A stretch of DNA of 63,812 bases, counting the filler, from Folioceros fuciformis (lineage: Eukaryota): assembly GCA_049999805.1 (NCBI GenBank). It is 4 parts of 4 records of this genome, joined end to end, with 100 filler letters (N's around TTAATTAATTAA, not from the genome) between each part and the next. Parts side by side here need not be neighbours in the genome. Positions count along the whole stretch, not along the records: positions 29,273 to 52,699 come from JBNGIO010005798.1; positions 52,800 to 60,958 come from JBNGIO010005801.1; 2 more parts are not named here. One strand, 5' to 3'. Below are positions 50,301 through 61,058 of the stretch, piece after piece (positions within the stretch are counted from its first letter, which is position 1; every line of letters starts with the position of its first letter). Both the position numbers and the translations under genes were made by a program. The notes beneath the pieces were generated by a model. That model was not told the DNA's origin. It saw nothing but the letters and a program-made list of their open reading frames with translations, and searched no databases.

Positions 50301-51255
50301 TACAGGAATTGAAAAAAATTGTTTCCTATGCGCGAGCCGCGGCCGTACTTCTTGTACGGCTCATTCACAAAGAAGAAGACGTATGGGCGGTAGGGTACTG
50401 AATCATGGTGTTGTGGTTTTCAGGCATGATATTCTTCCTGGATCCTGACTTCATTGTTGTCTACTCTGTGTAGTCTTTGTTCCGAACACCTCTCAATTGC
50501 TATGATGCAGTAATACATCTGCATCACGAGAGTTTGCCTCACCCTGGTCGTGTCCTCTTCAAAAACGATGTCTGGATGCAAGGTGTGTAGAGTGATCCTA
50601 ATTTTTGTTTTGCGATTGTGCTGAGGAGACTCTGACGACTTGCAATCTCGGTTGATGCAGGAACTGTGTGCGAGGACCCGAGGCCTGAGCTTATTGGGCA
50701 CTTGTCAAAATCCGTTGTAAAGCTCGGAGCAAACAGGTTGCGAAGTCAACTACTTGTTGGGTTTGACCCGATATCGTGCTTTGTCAGAGATCTGAAGGTA
50801 CCATTGTGCTAAGGTTCTTTCCGTATGTTTTTCACTGTGGCAAGGCTTTTATTTTGAATTGAATTGGTATGAATTCAGGTCAAGTTTGCGAACATTACCG
50901 TTTTCTATGATCTGTTGGGTGGGAGCGATGTTGTGTGCTTGACTATGGAAAACCTCACGGTAAGTTTGACCTCATCGCTTGACTGTCACTTTTGCTGAAT
51001 CAACTTGAATTTGGGGGGTTATTATGACGCTCGTTTTTTGGAACCCTTGATCGGGTTACGCAGCTGAAGCGTTTGAAGGACTCGGAGAGGAACACGCTTT
51101 CGAGGAACGGCGCGGTGGGGGGCATCACCCGGAAATTTAAAGAAGACGAAACGCCAGAGTTAGACGTGCGAAGTGTAGTGTCAGCCATCTGTGAAGTGGG
51201 ACAAGGCCTTGTGAAAAGTGTCCAGCTCGTAGAAGATGCTCGAAAGGTCTTTTGA
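44361..51255 (+). CDS. NOL6: Nucleolar protein 6 (Nrap/Utp22), many exons
   Basis: VIGSYALKTVTKPNLTADLAVRIPK, EKDYLNHRYHAKRALYL, PTPHYSASILED, FWGSKAELRRWPDGTITE, LEGSGSWP, VDVLMHGFAFRL, PTVRLAKRWV and LVGFDP in consistent GT-AG exons. Confidence 0.93.
46645..46713 (+). ncRNA. Candidate intronic guide-RNA hairpin copy 1 (H/ACA-like; antisense to 25S rRNA UGACUCUAGUCC)
   Basis: GGCGAT/GTCGCC lower stem, GGACTAGAGTCA antisense element, and upper stem CTTTTATGCCG/TGGTATACAAAG. Confidence 0.55.
46836..46905 (+). ncRNA. Candidate intronic guide-RNA hairpin copy 2 with ACA box
   Basis: TGGCGAT/ATCGCCA lower stem, identical 12-nt antisense element, upper stem GTGTGCC/GGCACAT, and ACA (46900-46902) 14 nt after the start of the 3' pocket strand. 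Confidence 0.65.
47114..47180 (+). ncRNA. Degenerate third copy of the same hairpin
   Basis: TGGCAGTGGACTCGAGTCACTCGTGTGCCCGGTGCGGTCGCAGATAGA aligns to copy 2, with substitutions that break the stems. Confidence 0.45.
48099..48189 (+). ncRNA. Candidate intronic box C/D snoRNA 1
   Basis: Perfect 6-bp terminal stem GACCAC/GTGGTC closing box C-like ATGAGGA and box D CTGA, with internal C'-like ATGATGT. Lies in intron 48035-48265. Confidence 0.7.
49724..49813 (+). ncRNA. Candidate intronic box C/D snoRNA 2
   Basis: Terminal stem GTTGC/GCAAC, perfect box C ATGATGA and box D CTGA; D' TCGA and C' ATGAGG flank a cUUCGg-capped hairpin. Lies in intron 49604-49897. Confidence 0.8.
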
Positions 51256-51793
51256 TGTTTTCTATTGGTTCCGATTTTTTGGTACCTGCATTAGTTACGA
51301 CGTGTGCGTCTCTTTTGGTGACGACATCGAGAATATAGGCACTGTACCTCCTGATGGATGGCGGATAGAGGAGGGTGAAGGTGGGCTGTGACAACTGTAG
51401 AGTCCCCGGGCCTGACGTACGCGATTATGATAACGTGACGGTCAACTCTGCTGTGTACAATTCGATAATGTTGCGGATGGGATGTTCCCACGTGCCTGTG
51501 ACGTGGATGAGAACTTGTACTATGATGTACATCCGAGTGCTTTATCACGGACGTATCTTCGATTTGACAGTGCTCCTCGTGGATTCCCAATCTGAGTGGT
51601 TTTGTAGTATCCTATGCTTTCAGAACACCAATCCAAAAGAAATCTGGTTCTTCCAAATCGTTCCAAGACCATCCTATCCTCTCTGCGCATGATAGATTTG
51701 TTTCCAGAGCATTCCAAGAGCATTCATACAGGTTTATCCAAGAGCGTTCTTGCACCAGTATCCTTTCATTTTGTTTTTTTTTCCCTCCTTACA

Positions 51794-51868
51794 CTTATCG
51801 AATCAAGTTCGTCCTTAGGCTTATGAAATCAAGTTCGTCCTCAGGCTTATCAAATCAAGTTCCTCCTT
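51794..51868. repeat. 26-bp tandem repeat, about 3 copies (ATCAAGTTCGTCCTYAGGCTTATSAA)
   Basis: Seen directly. Confidence 0.8.
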
Positions 51869-52084
51869 CGGTATCAATCCACTTGCAAGATGATGATCTC
51901 TTCCCTACAAATCATTTTTAGAGTGCCTTTGGAATTGAATATGCATATTCTTCCCAACCTGTGATAAAATATGATCATATATGTGGCTGAACTCGGGGGT
52001 ACGCCAAGTTTCTATTAGCTGACTATAGTACAGCGCCCAGGTTCAGGAATGAACCTAAAGCAGAAACCTTCAACTAAAACCTAA

Positions 52085-52699
52085 CTATGCCTGATGTGCA
52101 TTTGAGGAAAGAGTTGCAGATTGTGAGAGACTCTCGGTACCGTCGTTAGCCGACACATGACCGTCCACTTTCACTTGCCTGGAATATAGCTGATCGAAAT
52201 GTCTCCACATCCCTTGAGAAGAGCAGCTGATAAAGTCGGAAGAGTTGCCTTCCGCCACCTCCCACCAGCCGTGAAGATCAATCTCGCAGGCGAGCTGCTC
52301 TGTAGTCCATTCAATGTGTCCAAGATATACCTTGGCGTCTGTGACAGGCATGTAGCCCGTGGTACTGCTGTGAAGCACGCTTTGTAGAGCGTGGACATCA
52401 CCAAGGTAAAGCTCCGGCATCACTCTGTCGAATCCTCGAAGTCCCTTCCGTGTTGTCAGGATGTGCAGGCGAGGGCTGGATGTGACTGGTCCTCCTAAAT
52501 AGGTAGCCGCAGATCGAAACTCGTCCTCAGCCTCCACGCTCAATTGCTTCCCCAAAGCTAAACACGCCCCCACCCCGTCCGGCGCCAAGGTCTTGGCCAT
52601 ACCCGGTGGCAGAGCCTTGTTGAGGATCAAACCTCGGAGCCTGCAATTGTCATCATCCGGAGGTCCAAAAAGCAGGACGACAGCCTTGCTGTACAGAGG
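52085..52699 (-). CDS. DUF179 (AlgH/YqgE-like) domain protein, 5' end lost in the gap
   Basis: KAVVLL...GLILNK, YLGGPV, VYLGHIEWTTEQLACEI..GWW and a later MW match the DUF179 pattern. The frame is open up to the gap. Confidence 0.8.
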   Translation of the reverse strand, partial: PLYSKAVVLLFGPPDDDNCRLRGLILNKALPPGMAKTLAPDGVGACLALGKQLSVEAEDEFRSAATYLGGPVTSSPRLHILTTRKGLRGFDRVMPELYLGDVHALQSVLHSSTTGYMPVTDAKVYLGHIEWTTEQLACEIDLHGWWEVAEGNSSDFISCSSQGMWRHFDQLYSRQVKVDGHVSANDGTESLSQSATLSSNAHQA

Positions 52700-52799
52700 N
52701 NNNNNNNNNNNNNNNNNNNNNNNNNNNNNNNNNNNNNNNNNNNTTAATTAATTAANNNNNNNNNNNNNNNNNNNNNNNNNNNNNNNNNNNNNNNNNNNN
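52700..52799. other. Assembly gap with TTAATTAATTAA spacer
   Basis: N run with the 12-mer at 52744-52755. Confidence 0.97.
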
Positions 52800-55700
52800 G
52801 CTCAGGGTTTCGCAATCCCCTTCGCACCGTCGCTGCCGCCGCCTTCTCCGTTTTTCTGGACCTCAGGTGCCCACTCCCCTGCTCACCTGGCCTGCACCAT
52901 TTAGGCCCACACACCTGCTCCCTTGGCGTGCAGCAAAGTCACACGCTCGTCGGCTCCCTGCCCCGCACCCTCCCTGAAGGATCGCTAGAGGAGCATGGTG
53001 AAGGAGAGAAGACGAGAGGAGGAGAAAGGAGAGGTCACACTCTCAAAATGAGTCTCTCTATAGCAAGGGAGCTGAAAGCGGTATTTATACCCTCTAGAAA
53101 AGCTCCCTAGGAAGCTTCACAGGAATCGCACAGGAGGCTGCTCAAGAAGATTAGCTTAAGCTAATCTAAACTAATGATACTTAACTAAACACTAATCTTA
53201 GACTAAACACATTAGTCTAAGCACATTGGGCTTTAACAACCCTACAACCTCCCCCTTAAAGGCCAATTTACCTTCATAGGAGAGCGGTCTACCTCATGCC
53301 CATAAGTGTCCAAGCTTGTGCGAATTGCTCCAAAGAGAGCCCCTTGGGTAAGAACATCTGCAGGGTTCTGACTGGTGTGAACTTTGACAAGCTGTACCCT
53401 CTTGTCTTCCAACACCTCTCGAATGAAGTGATACTTCACTTCCACATGTTTGGTCCTCGCATGAAACAATGAGATTCTTCACCAATTGGATAGCACTCTG
53501 GCTATCACAATGCAACACTGGCAGCTCAACCTTGATCCCCAAATCTCCCACTAAACGAGCAAGCCACATGGCTTCCTTGCACGCCTCAGTCGCTGCAACA
53601 TACTCGGCCTCTATGGTAGATAGCGTTATGCACGATTGCAAACAAGATCGCCATGAGAGTGCGCCTCCAGTGCACATGAAAACATAACCTGATGTTGACC
53701 TCCTTTTGTCCATATCCCCTGCATAATCAACATCCGTATATCCCACGACAGATGCATCTTCACTACCAAAACATAAGCACAAAGCTTTCGTACCATTTAA
53801 GCACCTCATAACTCCTGTTATTGCCTCCCAATGCTTCCTGCCAGGGGTTTGACATAAACATGCTAACCACTCCCATTGCAAAAGCAATGTCAGGACGTGT
53901 AGCAATCATTGCATACATCAAACTCCCTACAGCTGATGAGTATGGAACCTTCTCCATTTTAGCTTTGTCCTTCGTAGAGCTTGGACAATCCTTGCTTGAA
54001 AGTTTCACATATGGAGGTAACGGCGTACTCAATACCTTCCCCTTCTCCATATTGAAACGTTGAAGCACCTTGTTAATGTATTCAGTTTGAGACAATTACA
54101 GCAAACGCTTCTGTCTGTCTTGACGAATACGCATGCCAAGAATATGGCTTGCCTCTTCCAAGTCTGTCATGTCAAAACGACCATTCAACTTTGACTTCAA
54201 TGTTGAAATCTCATCACTGTTAGTCCCAACAATCAGCATATCATCCACATAGAGGACCAAAATGAGCAAGCTTCCATCCTTAGCTTGCTTCGTATAGAGG
54301 CAATGATCCTCATCGCTACGCTTATAGCTTTGAGAAAGCATAAATGAGTGGAACTTGAAATACCACTCCCTAAGTGCTTGCTTCAAACCATAAAGGCTCT
54401 TCTTTAACCTGCACACCAGACTCTCTTTGCCCTTCTCAATGAAACCCTCTGGTTGCTGCATGTATACCTCTTCCTAGAGATCACCATGCAAAAATGCCGA
54501 CTTCACATCCATCTAGACAAGGTCCATGTCGTGCCTCGCAACCAGACCAAAAACACATCGCAAGGTTGTCATTTTGACAACTGGTGAGAAAATCTCATCA
54601 AAGTCAATACTTTGCTGTTGCTTAAAACCCTTAGCAACCAATCGTGCCTTATACTTGGGTTTGCCATAATAGAGGATGTCCTTCATCATATACACCCATT
54701 TGCATGGCAACGCCTTCTTGCCCCTAGGCAACCGAACCAACTCCCAAGTTTGGTTCTTGTGGAGCAAATCCATCTGCGACTGCATCGCCTTCTCCTACTT
54801 GTCTTTGTCAGTGACTAACATGGTCTCTTGGTAATAAGAGGGTTCCCCACAATCCGTCAGCATGACATAATCAAGAGATGCAACATACCTATCAGAAGGA
54901 CGTGAGATCCTTCCTGACCTACGAAGCACTGGCGCCTCAAACGAAGCTGGTTGCACTCTCTCCTCTTCTACAAGGGGAGGCACTTGTTCCTGCACATCAC
55001 GACGTTCAACCTGCACATGACGATCAAATCCATCTTCTTGAAAAACCACCTGTCGCACCTCCACGGTTGGAGTAGGCTTCTTGTGCATCTTGGTCTCATT
55101 GAAGAACACATCATTGCTGCGAACCATTTTCTTGGCCTTTGGATCCCATAGATGGTATCCCATCTCACCAGACTCACCATAGCCTAGAAAAATACATTTC
55201 TTGGACTTGGGTGCCAACTTGTCCCGAAACTCCTTCGGAACTTGATAGTATGCCTCACAGCCAAACACTGGTAGATGCTTGTAAGACGGCTTCTTTCCAG
55301 ACCACATCTCCTCTGGAACCTGCTCATCCACAGCCCTATTAGGAGATATGTTCATAAGATGCACGGCAGTAACCACTGCTTCTGCCCAAAATCTGCTAGG
55401 CAATCTAGAGTTTGACAACAAACTACGCATCCTCTCCTGGATGGTCCTGTTCATTCGTTCGGCCACTCCATTTTGGGGAGGAGTATACGGCGCCGTCAAT
55501 TCTCTCTTGATTCCCTTGGAATCACAGAATGACTGGAAAGCCTTCGAGACATACTCTCCCTCATTGTCTGTCCTCAGACACTTCAGCCGGAGGCCAGACT
55601 GATTCTCCACAAGGGTGACGAATTTCTGAAATACTGTCAGTGCATCATAAGTGCTAAACCACGCCCTATGCGGAGTAACATGGAAAGATGCTCCAGAGTC

Positions 55701-55810
55701 AATTATCCAATTAGAGAATAAGTGACTCTCCACGGCTGTCAGCTGTGCAGAATCAAAGGAAGAAGAGGTAAGAACATCTCCATCATCAACAGAGTTCACC
55801 TCATCATCAC
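52800..55810 (-). mobile_element. Ty1/copia element A (decayed): protease/integrase/RT/RNase H remnants, PPT ~53248-53257, partial 3' LTR 52800-53246
   Basis: WIIDSGASFH, LRTDNEGEY, PPQNGVAERMNRT, KARLVAKGF, LYVDDML, YTDVDYAGD and HARTKHVEVKYHF, with multiple stops and frameshifts. Purine tract AAGGGGGAGG precedes TG; TATAAATA lies in the LTR. Confidence 0.93.
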
Positions 55811-55984
55811 TGATAAGCCGAATGCTAGAATCGATAGAGAAAGCATCGGTCACGCGTAGTGCACCGTGCATCTTGCAACTGACACTTACACGTACATGTC
55901 CCGTGAAAGAGACATGACGGTTATAACGGTTAGGGTTAGCTAACCTAGACCTGAACCTAACTAAGGGTAATTAATACCCTATCA
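55811..55984 (-). repeat. 174-bp 3' LTR of copia element B
   Basis: On the minus strand it reads TGATAG...CTTATCA (TG..CA with TGATA/TATCA inverted ends), directly after the purine tract GAGTGGGAG. Confidence 0.75.
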
Positions 55985-58900
55985 CTCCCACTCAGGTCGA
56001 ATGGTTAGTGTAGTTATAGTTCCGTACTAATTATCTATCTATTTGTTTGTTTGTTTGATTAGAAATTTCTAAAACCATTTAAGAAACTTGAACTAGACCT
56101 ATAAACGTTGCCCTAGACAAATAAACTTCGTTGTCGGGCTCCGTTCTTCGACCTTCAGTCTTCGCGACATCGCCAGTCTTCACGCCGCTCATCGCCATGC
56201 CTGCTGCTCTCCGGATCGAAGCTGGTTGTCCACCGCAAGCTTTTCCCCGAGGCTCTCAAGCCAAGCGCAACTGCATGCTCATAGTGTTTTACGCGTCCTA
56301 GGGCCTTGGTCAAGATATCCGCTGTCATTCTCTCAGTTGGGCAATAGACAACCTGGATAATTCCTGCTGCGGCCATCTCTTGGACGATCTATGCTAGATT
56401 TCGATATGTTTGGTGCGGGCGTGAAACCTGGGATTCATAGTGAGTGCTATCGCACTCTGATTGTCACAGAATAGCGTGATCAAGAGCTGCTGTTCAAAGC
56501 CAAGCTCGCGCAATGCTCCCACTGTCCACACAACCTCCTTGGTTGCTTCTGTAAGACTTTTAAACTCTGCCTCTGTGCTGGATAGAGCTATGGTGGTTTG
56601 TTTCTTACTGCTCCATCCTACTGCAGCGCCTGCCAGGAGAGTAACGTAGCTGGAGACGCTGCGACGGTCATCTGGGTCCCCAGCCCAGTCGGCGTCGCTG
56701 TATGCCAGAAGGGTGAGTGGCTTCTCTACCTTGGAAGTGTAAAGCAAGCCCCAGTCTGACGTGCCTTACAGGTATCTATACTATCTGGTCATCAGGTCAC
56801 TGTGAGAGGCATTTGGATTTGACACAACCTAGACGTCAGCCCCGAGGTGAAGCTAATGTCTGGTCTGGATCCTATCATGAGATGCATTGTGCTGCCGTTC
56901 CTGGATGAATAATTTGCTACAACTGCTAGCTCCTTCTCAGGTGGGTGTCCTTCTTGAGCCCGATACTTAACATTTTGTTCAGCAGGTGTTGCCATTGGTT
57001 TGCAATTTTGCATTCCGTATCTCTCAAGAATCTCTCTTGTATACTTCGCCTGATGCAGGACGATCGTCCCTGCCTACCTGTTTCTGACTAGGTGCAGGGC
57101 TCCGGCATCTGTCATTTTAAATTCAGCACTCAGCTGCTCCTTCGGAGTCCTTATCTCACTCCAAGAATTGCTCATGACGATCAGGTCGTCTACGTATACA
57201 GCCAGTGCTATGAACTTCCTTCCCTGTCTCTTGACATACACATTGTTGTCTGCATGAAGGCTTAGGAAACCTAGTGCCTTCAGAAATGCATTTATTCTTG
57301 CATACCAGGCTCGAGGGCTCTGCTTCAGCCCGTAGATAGTCTTCTTGAGCTTGCAGACAGGTCAAGGGATCCTTGTGGTGACTACAACCCCTTCAGGTAC
57401 ATCCATGTAAATTTCTTCATCAAGGTTTCCGTACAGGAATGCTGTTTTGACATTCAGCTGTTCTAATTCCAGGTCTTCCACAGCTGCTAGGGCAACGAAG
57501 AGTCTCAAGGTTGTAAGCTTGACGACTGGGCTAAATGTGTCATCATAATCAATGCAAGGTATTTATGAATACCCCTTGGCTACAACCCTACCCTTGTATC
57601 GCTCGACACTTCCATCTGCCTTCAATTTTATTTTGAATACCCATTTACAGCCGACTGCTTTGCGGCCTACTGGCAGGCTAGTTAATGTCCATGTGTCATT
57701 TTCATGTAGGGACGCAAGCTCCGAGTCTATTGCAACCTTCCACAAGTCAGCATATGGGCAGGACATAGCCTCCGCATAGGACTGAGGCTCATATAGCTGT
57801 GCATTTGCAGCAAGACAATAAGTCAGATGTAACTTTGGATGTCTAAAGTCCTCTGGCTGGTAGAATTTAGGTTTCCTATGTGTTCTGGTCGACTAGTGAG
57901 GTGCCAAGCGTGTGTGCTTGTCCCTTCTTCTCTGCTGTGGCCTGGCTGGAGATACATTAGGATTTGACAGGGCATGATCCTGTGTAAACCCTAGATCAAA
58001 CTCGACATGTTGTACTTGAGGTGAGTCAAACAAACTCTTGTTGCTCACTGCTCTTCCTGGCGTCTTTAGCGGTGTCTGAACACGTGGCTTTGCAGGTATT
58101 GGGCCCTGAACAGGTGCAGGTGCTGGTGGCATGACTGGTGCAGCTCCAGTTGCTGCAGACTGTCCAGGTGGTGCTGACTGTCCAGGTGGTGGCAGAGGCA
58201 CTCTCACATTGCCTACCTGTACTTCGTCCATGCCACAATCAGAATCTTCATCCGAAGAGTCCTCAAAATGATTGCTTGAAGCTCCCACTTGCTCACTAAA
58301 CTCGACGCCTTCCACAAACACTACATCTCGTGAGTGTATGACCTTCCTCGTTCCTTTGTCTAGAAGCTTGTAGCCCTTAATGCGATATGTGAACCCAACG
58401 AATATACATGGCCTAGACTTGGGCTCAAATTTCTTACGGATGTCCTTGTGTATCTGGGCATATGCAGGTGATCCGAACACACGCACATGAGCTAAGTTTG
58501 GTCTCCTTCCCGTCCAGAGTTCATAGGGCGTAGTGTCCGGAACAGCTGCATGTGGAATCCAGTTCTGAAAATAGTTTGCATAGGCTACAGCTTCAGCCCA
58601 GAAAGATTTCGGTAATTTTGCATGCTGTAGCATGCTGGAAGCGAAGGTCTCCAGGCTCCAATTTTTGTTCTCCGCAATGCCATTTTGTTGGGGAGTGTGA
58701 GGATTTGTTAGTTGTCTCACTATGCCTTGGCCTTTGCAGAATGCCTGAAATTCACCCGAAGTGTACTCCCCGCCATTATCCGATCTCAAGGCCTTCAGTT
58801 TGCGGCCAGTTTGTAGCTCAGCCCAGCGCAGAAACTCCAGAAAGCATTTGAATGTCTCTAACTTGTACAGGAGAAAGTACACCACGCAAAAGCGTGTATA

Positions 58901-60958
58901 ATCATCAATGAAGGTGATGCAATGCTCCTTTCCGCCTATGGACTTGGGAAGTGGCCCAAACAAGTCGGTATGCACCAGTTCGAGTATTGTTGATGCTCTC
59001 GTTGAGAAGTCAGTCGGAAAAAAATGCTTCTTGTGCTTGCCAAGGATGCAAGCCTCACAAACCCCGAAGTCTTGCAAGGGATCTGAGGTAATGCCTTCTA
59101 CCAACTTCTCCTTCTGCATTTGTACAAGCTTCTTATAGTTGACATGGCCAAGGCGTAGGTGCCTGAGATAGGCTGGTGAAGGCTGAGCATAGGATTTGCT
59201 AACAGCATTTGCCTTGGCTTCTTGCAGATCAAGGTGATACAGGTCGTCGTCCTCCAATCGTCCAGTGGCAAGCAAGGTGTCAGCTCCAGACTCCACAACA
59301 CACTTCCCTCCGCCAAAGCACACAAAACAACCTGATTCATCAACCTTCCTTACAAAGACCGGGTTTTTGGTTAGTCCAGGTACGTAGAGTACATCTGGAA
59401 TTGCAAGATGCTGTGAGGGCTTGAGGTCTAACTGTATAGTACCCTGCCCTTCAATTTTGTGCCGGGTATCATCCCCGAGGCACACGAACTCCACAGGGGA
59501 GCTCTCTCGCATGTCAACAAAATAGGAAGGATCAGGTGTCATGTGTTGGGAAGCGCCATTGTCTATGTACCAGGTGTTCTCCTATTGGTTAGCATAGCAA
59601 GTAACCACATTGCATTGTGAGTCCTTAGATAAATGAGTAGGACTTGTGGTATCACCTGAGGCACAACTTGTGAGAAAGGCTCTGCTGTACTTGTTCATAG
59701 TTACAGCTAGGTGTTCAGAATGGCTGCTGCCTTCGCCTGCAAGGCGTTTCCTACATGTTTCCTAGGTTTGATTAGTCATTCCACAATGACCACATGACGG
59801 CCGACCTTTGGGGTTGTTGTACTGTTGAGGTCTCGCTCCTCCTCGACCACCACGGCCACCTTGACCTCCTCTAACGAAGGGACGGCCACGGCCCCTGCCT
59901 CGGAAAGGTTTGTTTGTGTACAAGGCCTTATCTGAATTTACACTTACAGTTGCAATGCGTTTGCGAGATTCTTCCGTAAGCATTGCAGCGATCAGTCTGT
60001 TGACTGTAAGGTTTTGAACCTCTTGCAAGCTCTAGACAACTCCAGTCCATGTTTCAGGTAGTGTGGCCAGGAGTATGACTGCCACCAAATCTTCTTCCAG
60101 GGCAAAGCCAGCAGAAATGAGCTTGCCCCTCCACTTTCGAAACTCCAGGACGTGCTTGTCTACAGAGTCCGCTTCTGTCATCTTCAGGCGAACAAACTGT
60201 TTCAACACATAGGTTTGTAACATCAGATCCCTTGAGTTGTAAACTTCCTTCGTTTGTTGCCAATACTCAGCAGTCGTGGCGCCTTGAAAGACGCCAATGT
60301 GTGTGCTTTTCACACTCAGCTGCAGCAAGGTGCGTGCTGTCTGATCAGCCTCCTCCCAGATTGCAAGGTCGGCTGGGTCTGCTAGTTTCGAAATTATGGC
60401 TGGAGGTGTCCCCAAACCTCCTACATATCCCCACAAGCGTCGGGACTTCATGATTTCCACCATCTTGTCTCTCCAGATGTGGTAATTTGAGCCATCGAAT
60501 TTATCCTCCTTGGCGATTGTGAGAGCCAAGTTTTGAGAGGCTGATGGTGCATTCCCAGCCATCTCAAGCAGATATTTAAAGAATCAGGGGTTCGTAGGTC
60601 GTCTTGCAGGACAGGGTGCCATCTTCGTCATCAGCAATACACAAGGTAACCTTCAATCTTTCTTGCTTGTTCAAATCTTTCTCAGTCTGTAAATATTGTA
60701 CAAACCGAGAGGTGTATTCATGGATTAACACCGATGATGGATGTTGATGCACAGGTTCTCTGCCATAAAGCTCACAGAGATAGCAATGGAATGTTGCGTA
60801 CAGCTCAATCGTGGAAATGCGAAGTTGCACAGAAAAAGAGAAGATGCGTGGGAGTATCATCTTCCTCAGAGCAGGTCGTCAACTTTGAAGCTGCTCCAGT
60901 TGTACCCGTCCAGGGCTTCATATCCTTGGACCACATTCTGCGCCATCAACCACAACAT
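55811..60958 (-). mobile_element. Ty1/copia element B (decayed gag-pol from ATG 60562), inserted in element A; 5' LTR not visible (gap)
   Basis: Gag KFDGSNYHIW, zinc-knuckle remnant CGHCG, WYIDNGASQHM, HLRLGH, LRSDNGGEY, GRVVAKGY, YSDADWAGD and FHARTKHIEI, with in-frame stops. Confidence 0.92.
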
Positions 60959-61058
60959 NNNNNNNNNNNNNNNNNNNNNNNNNNNNNNNNNNNNNNNNNN
61001 NNTTAATTAATTAANNNNNNNNNNNNNNNNNNNNNNNNNNNNNNNNNNNNNNNNNNNN
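60959..61058. other. Assembly gap with TTAATTAATTAA spacer
   Basis: N run with the 12-mer at 61003-61014. Confidence 0.97.
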
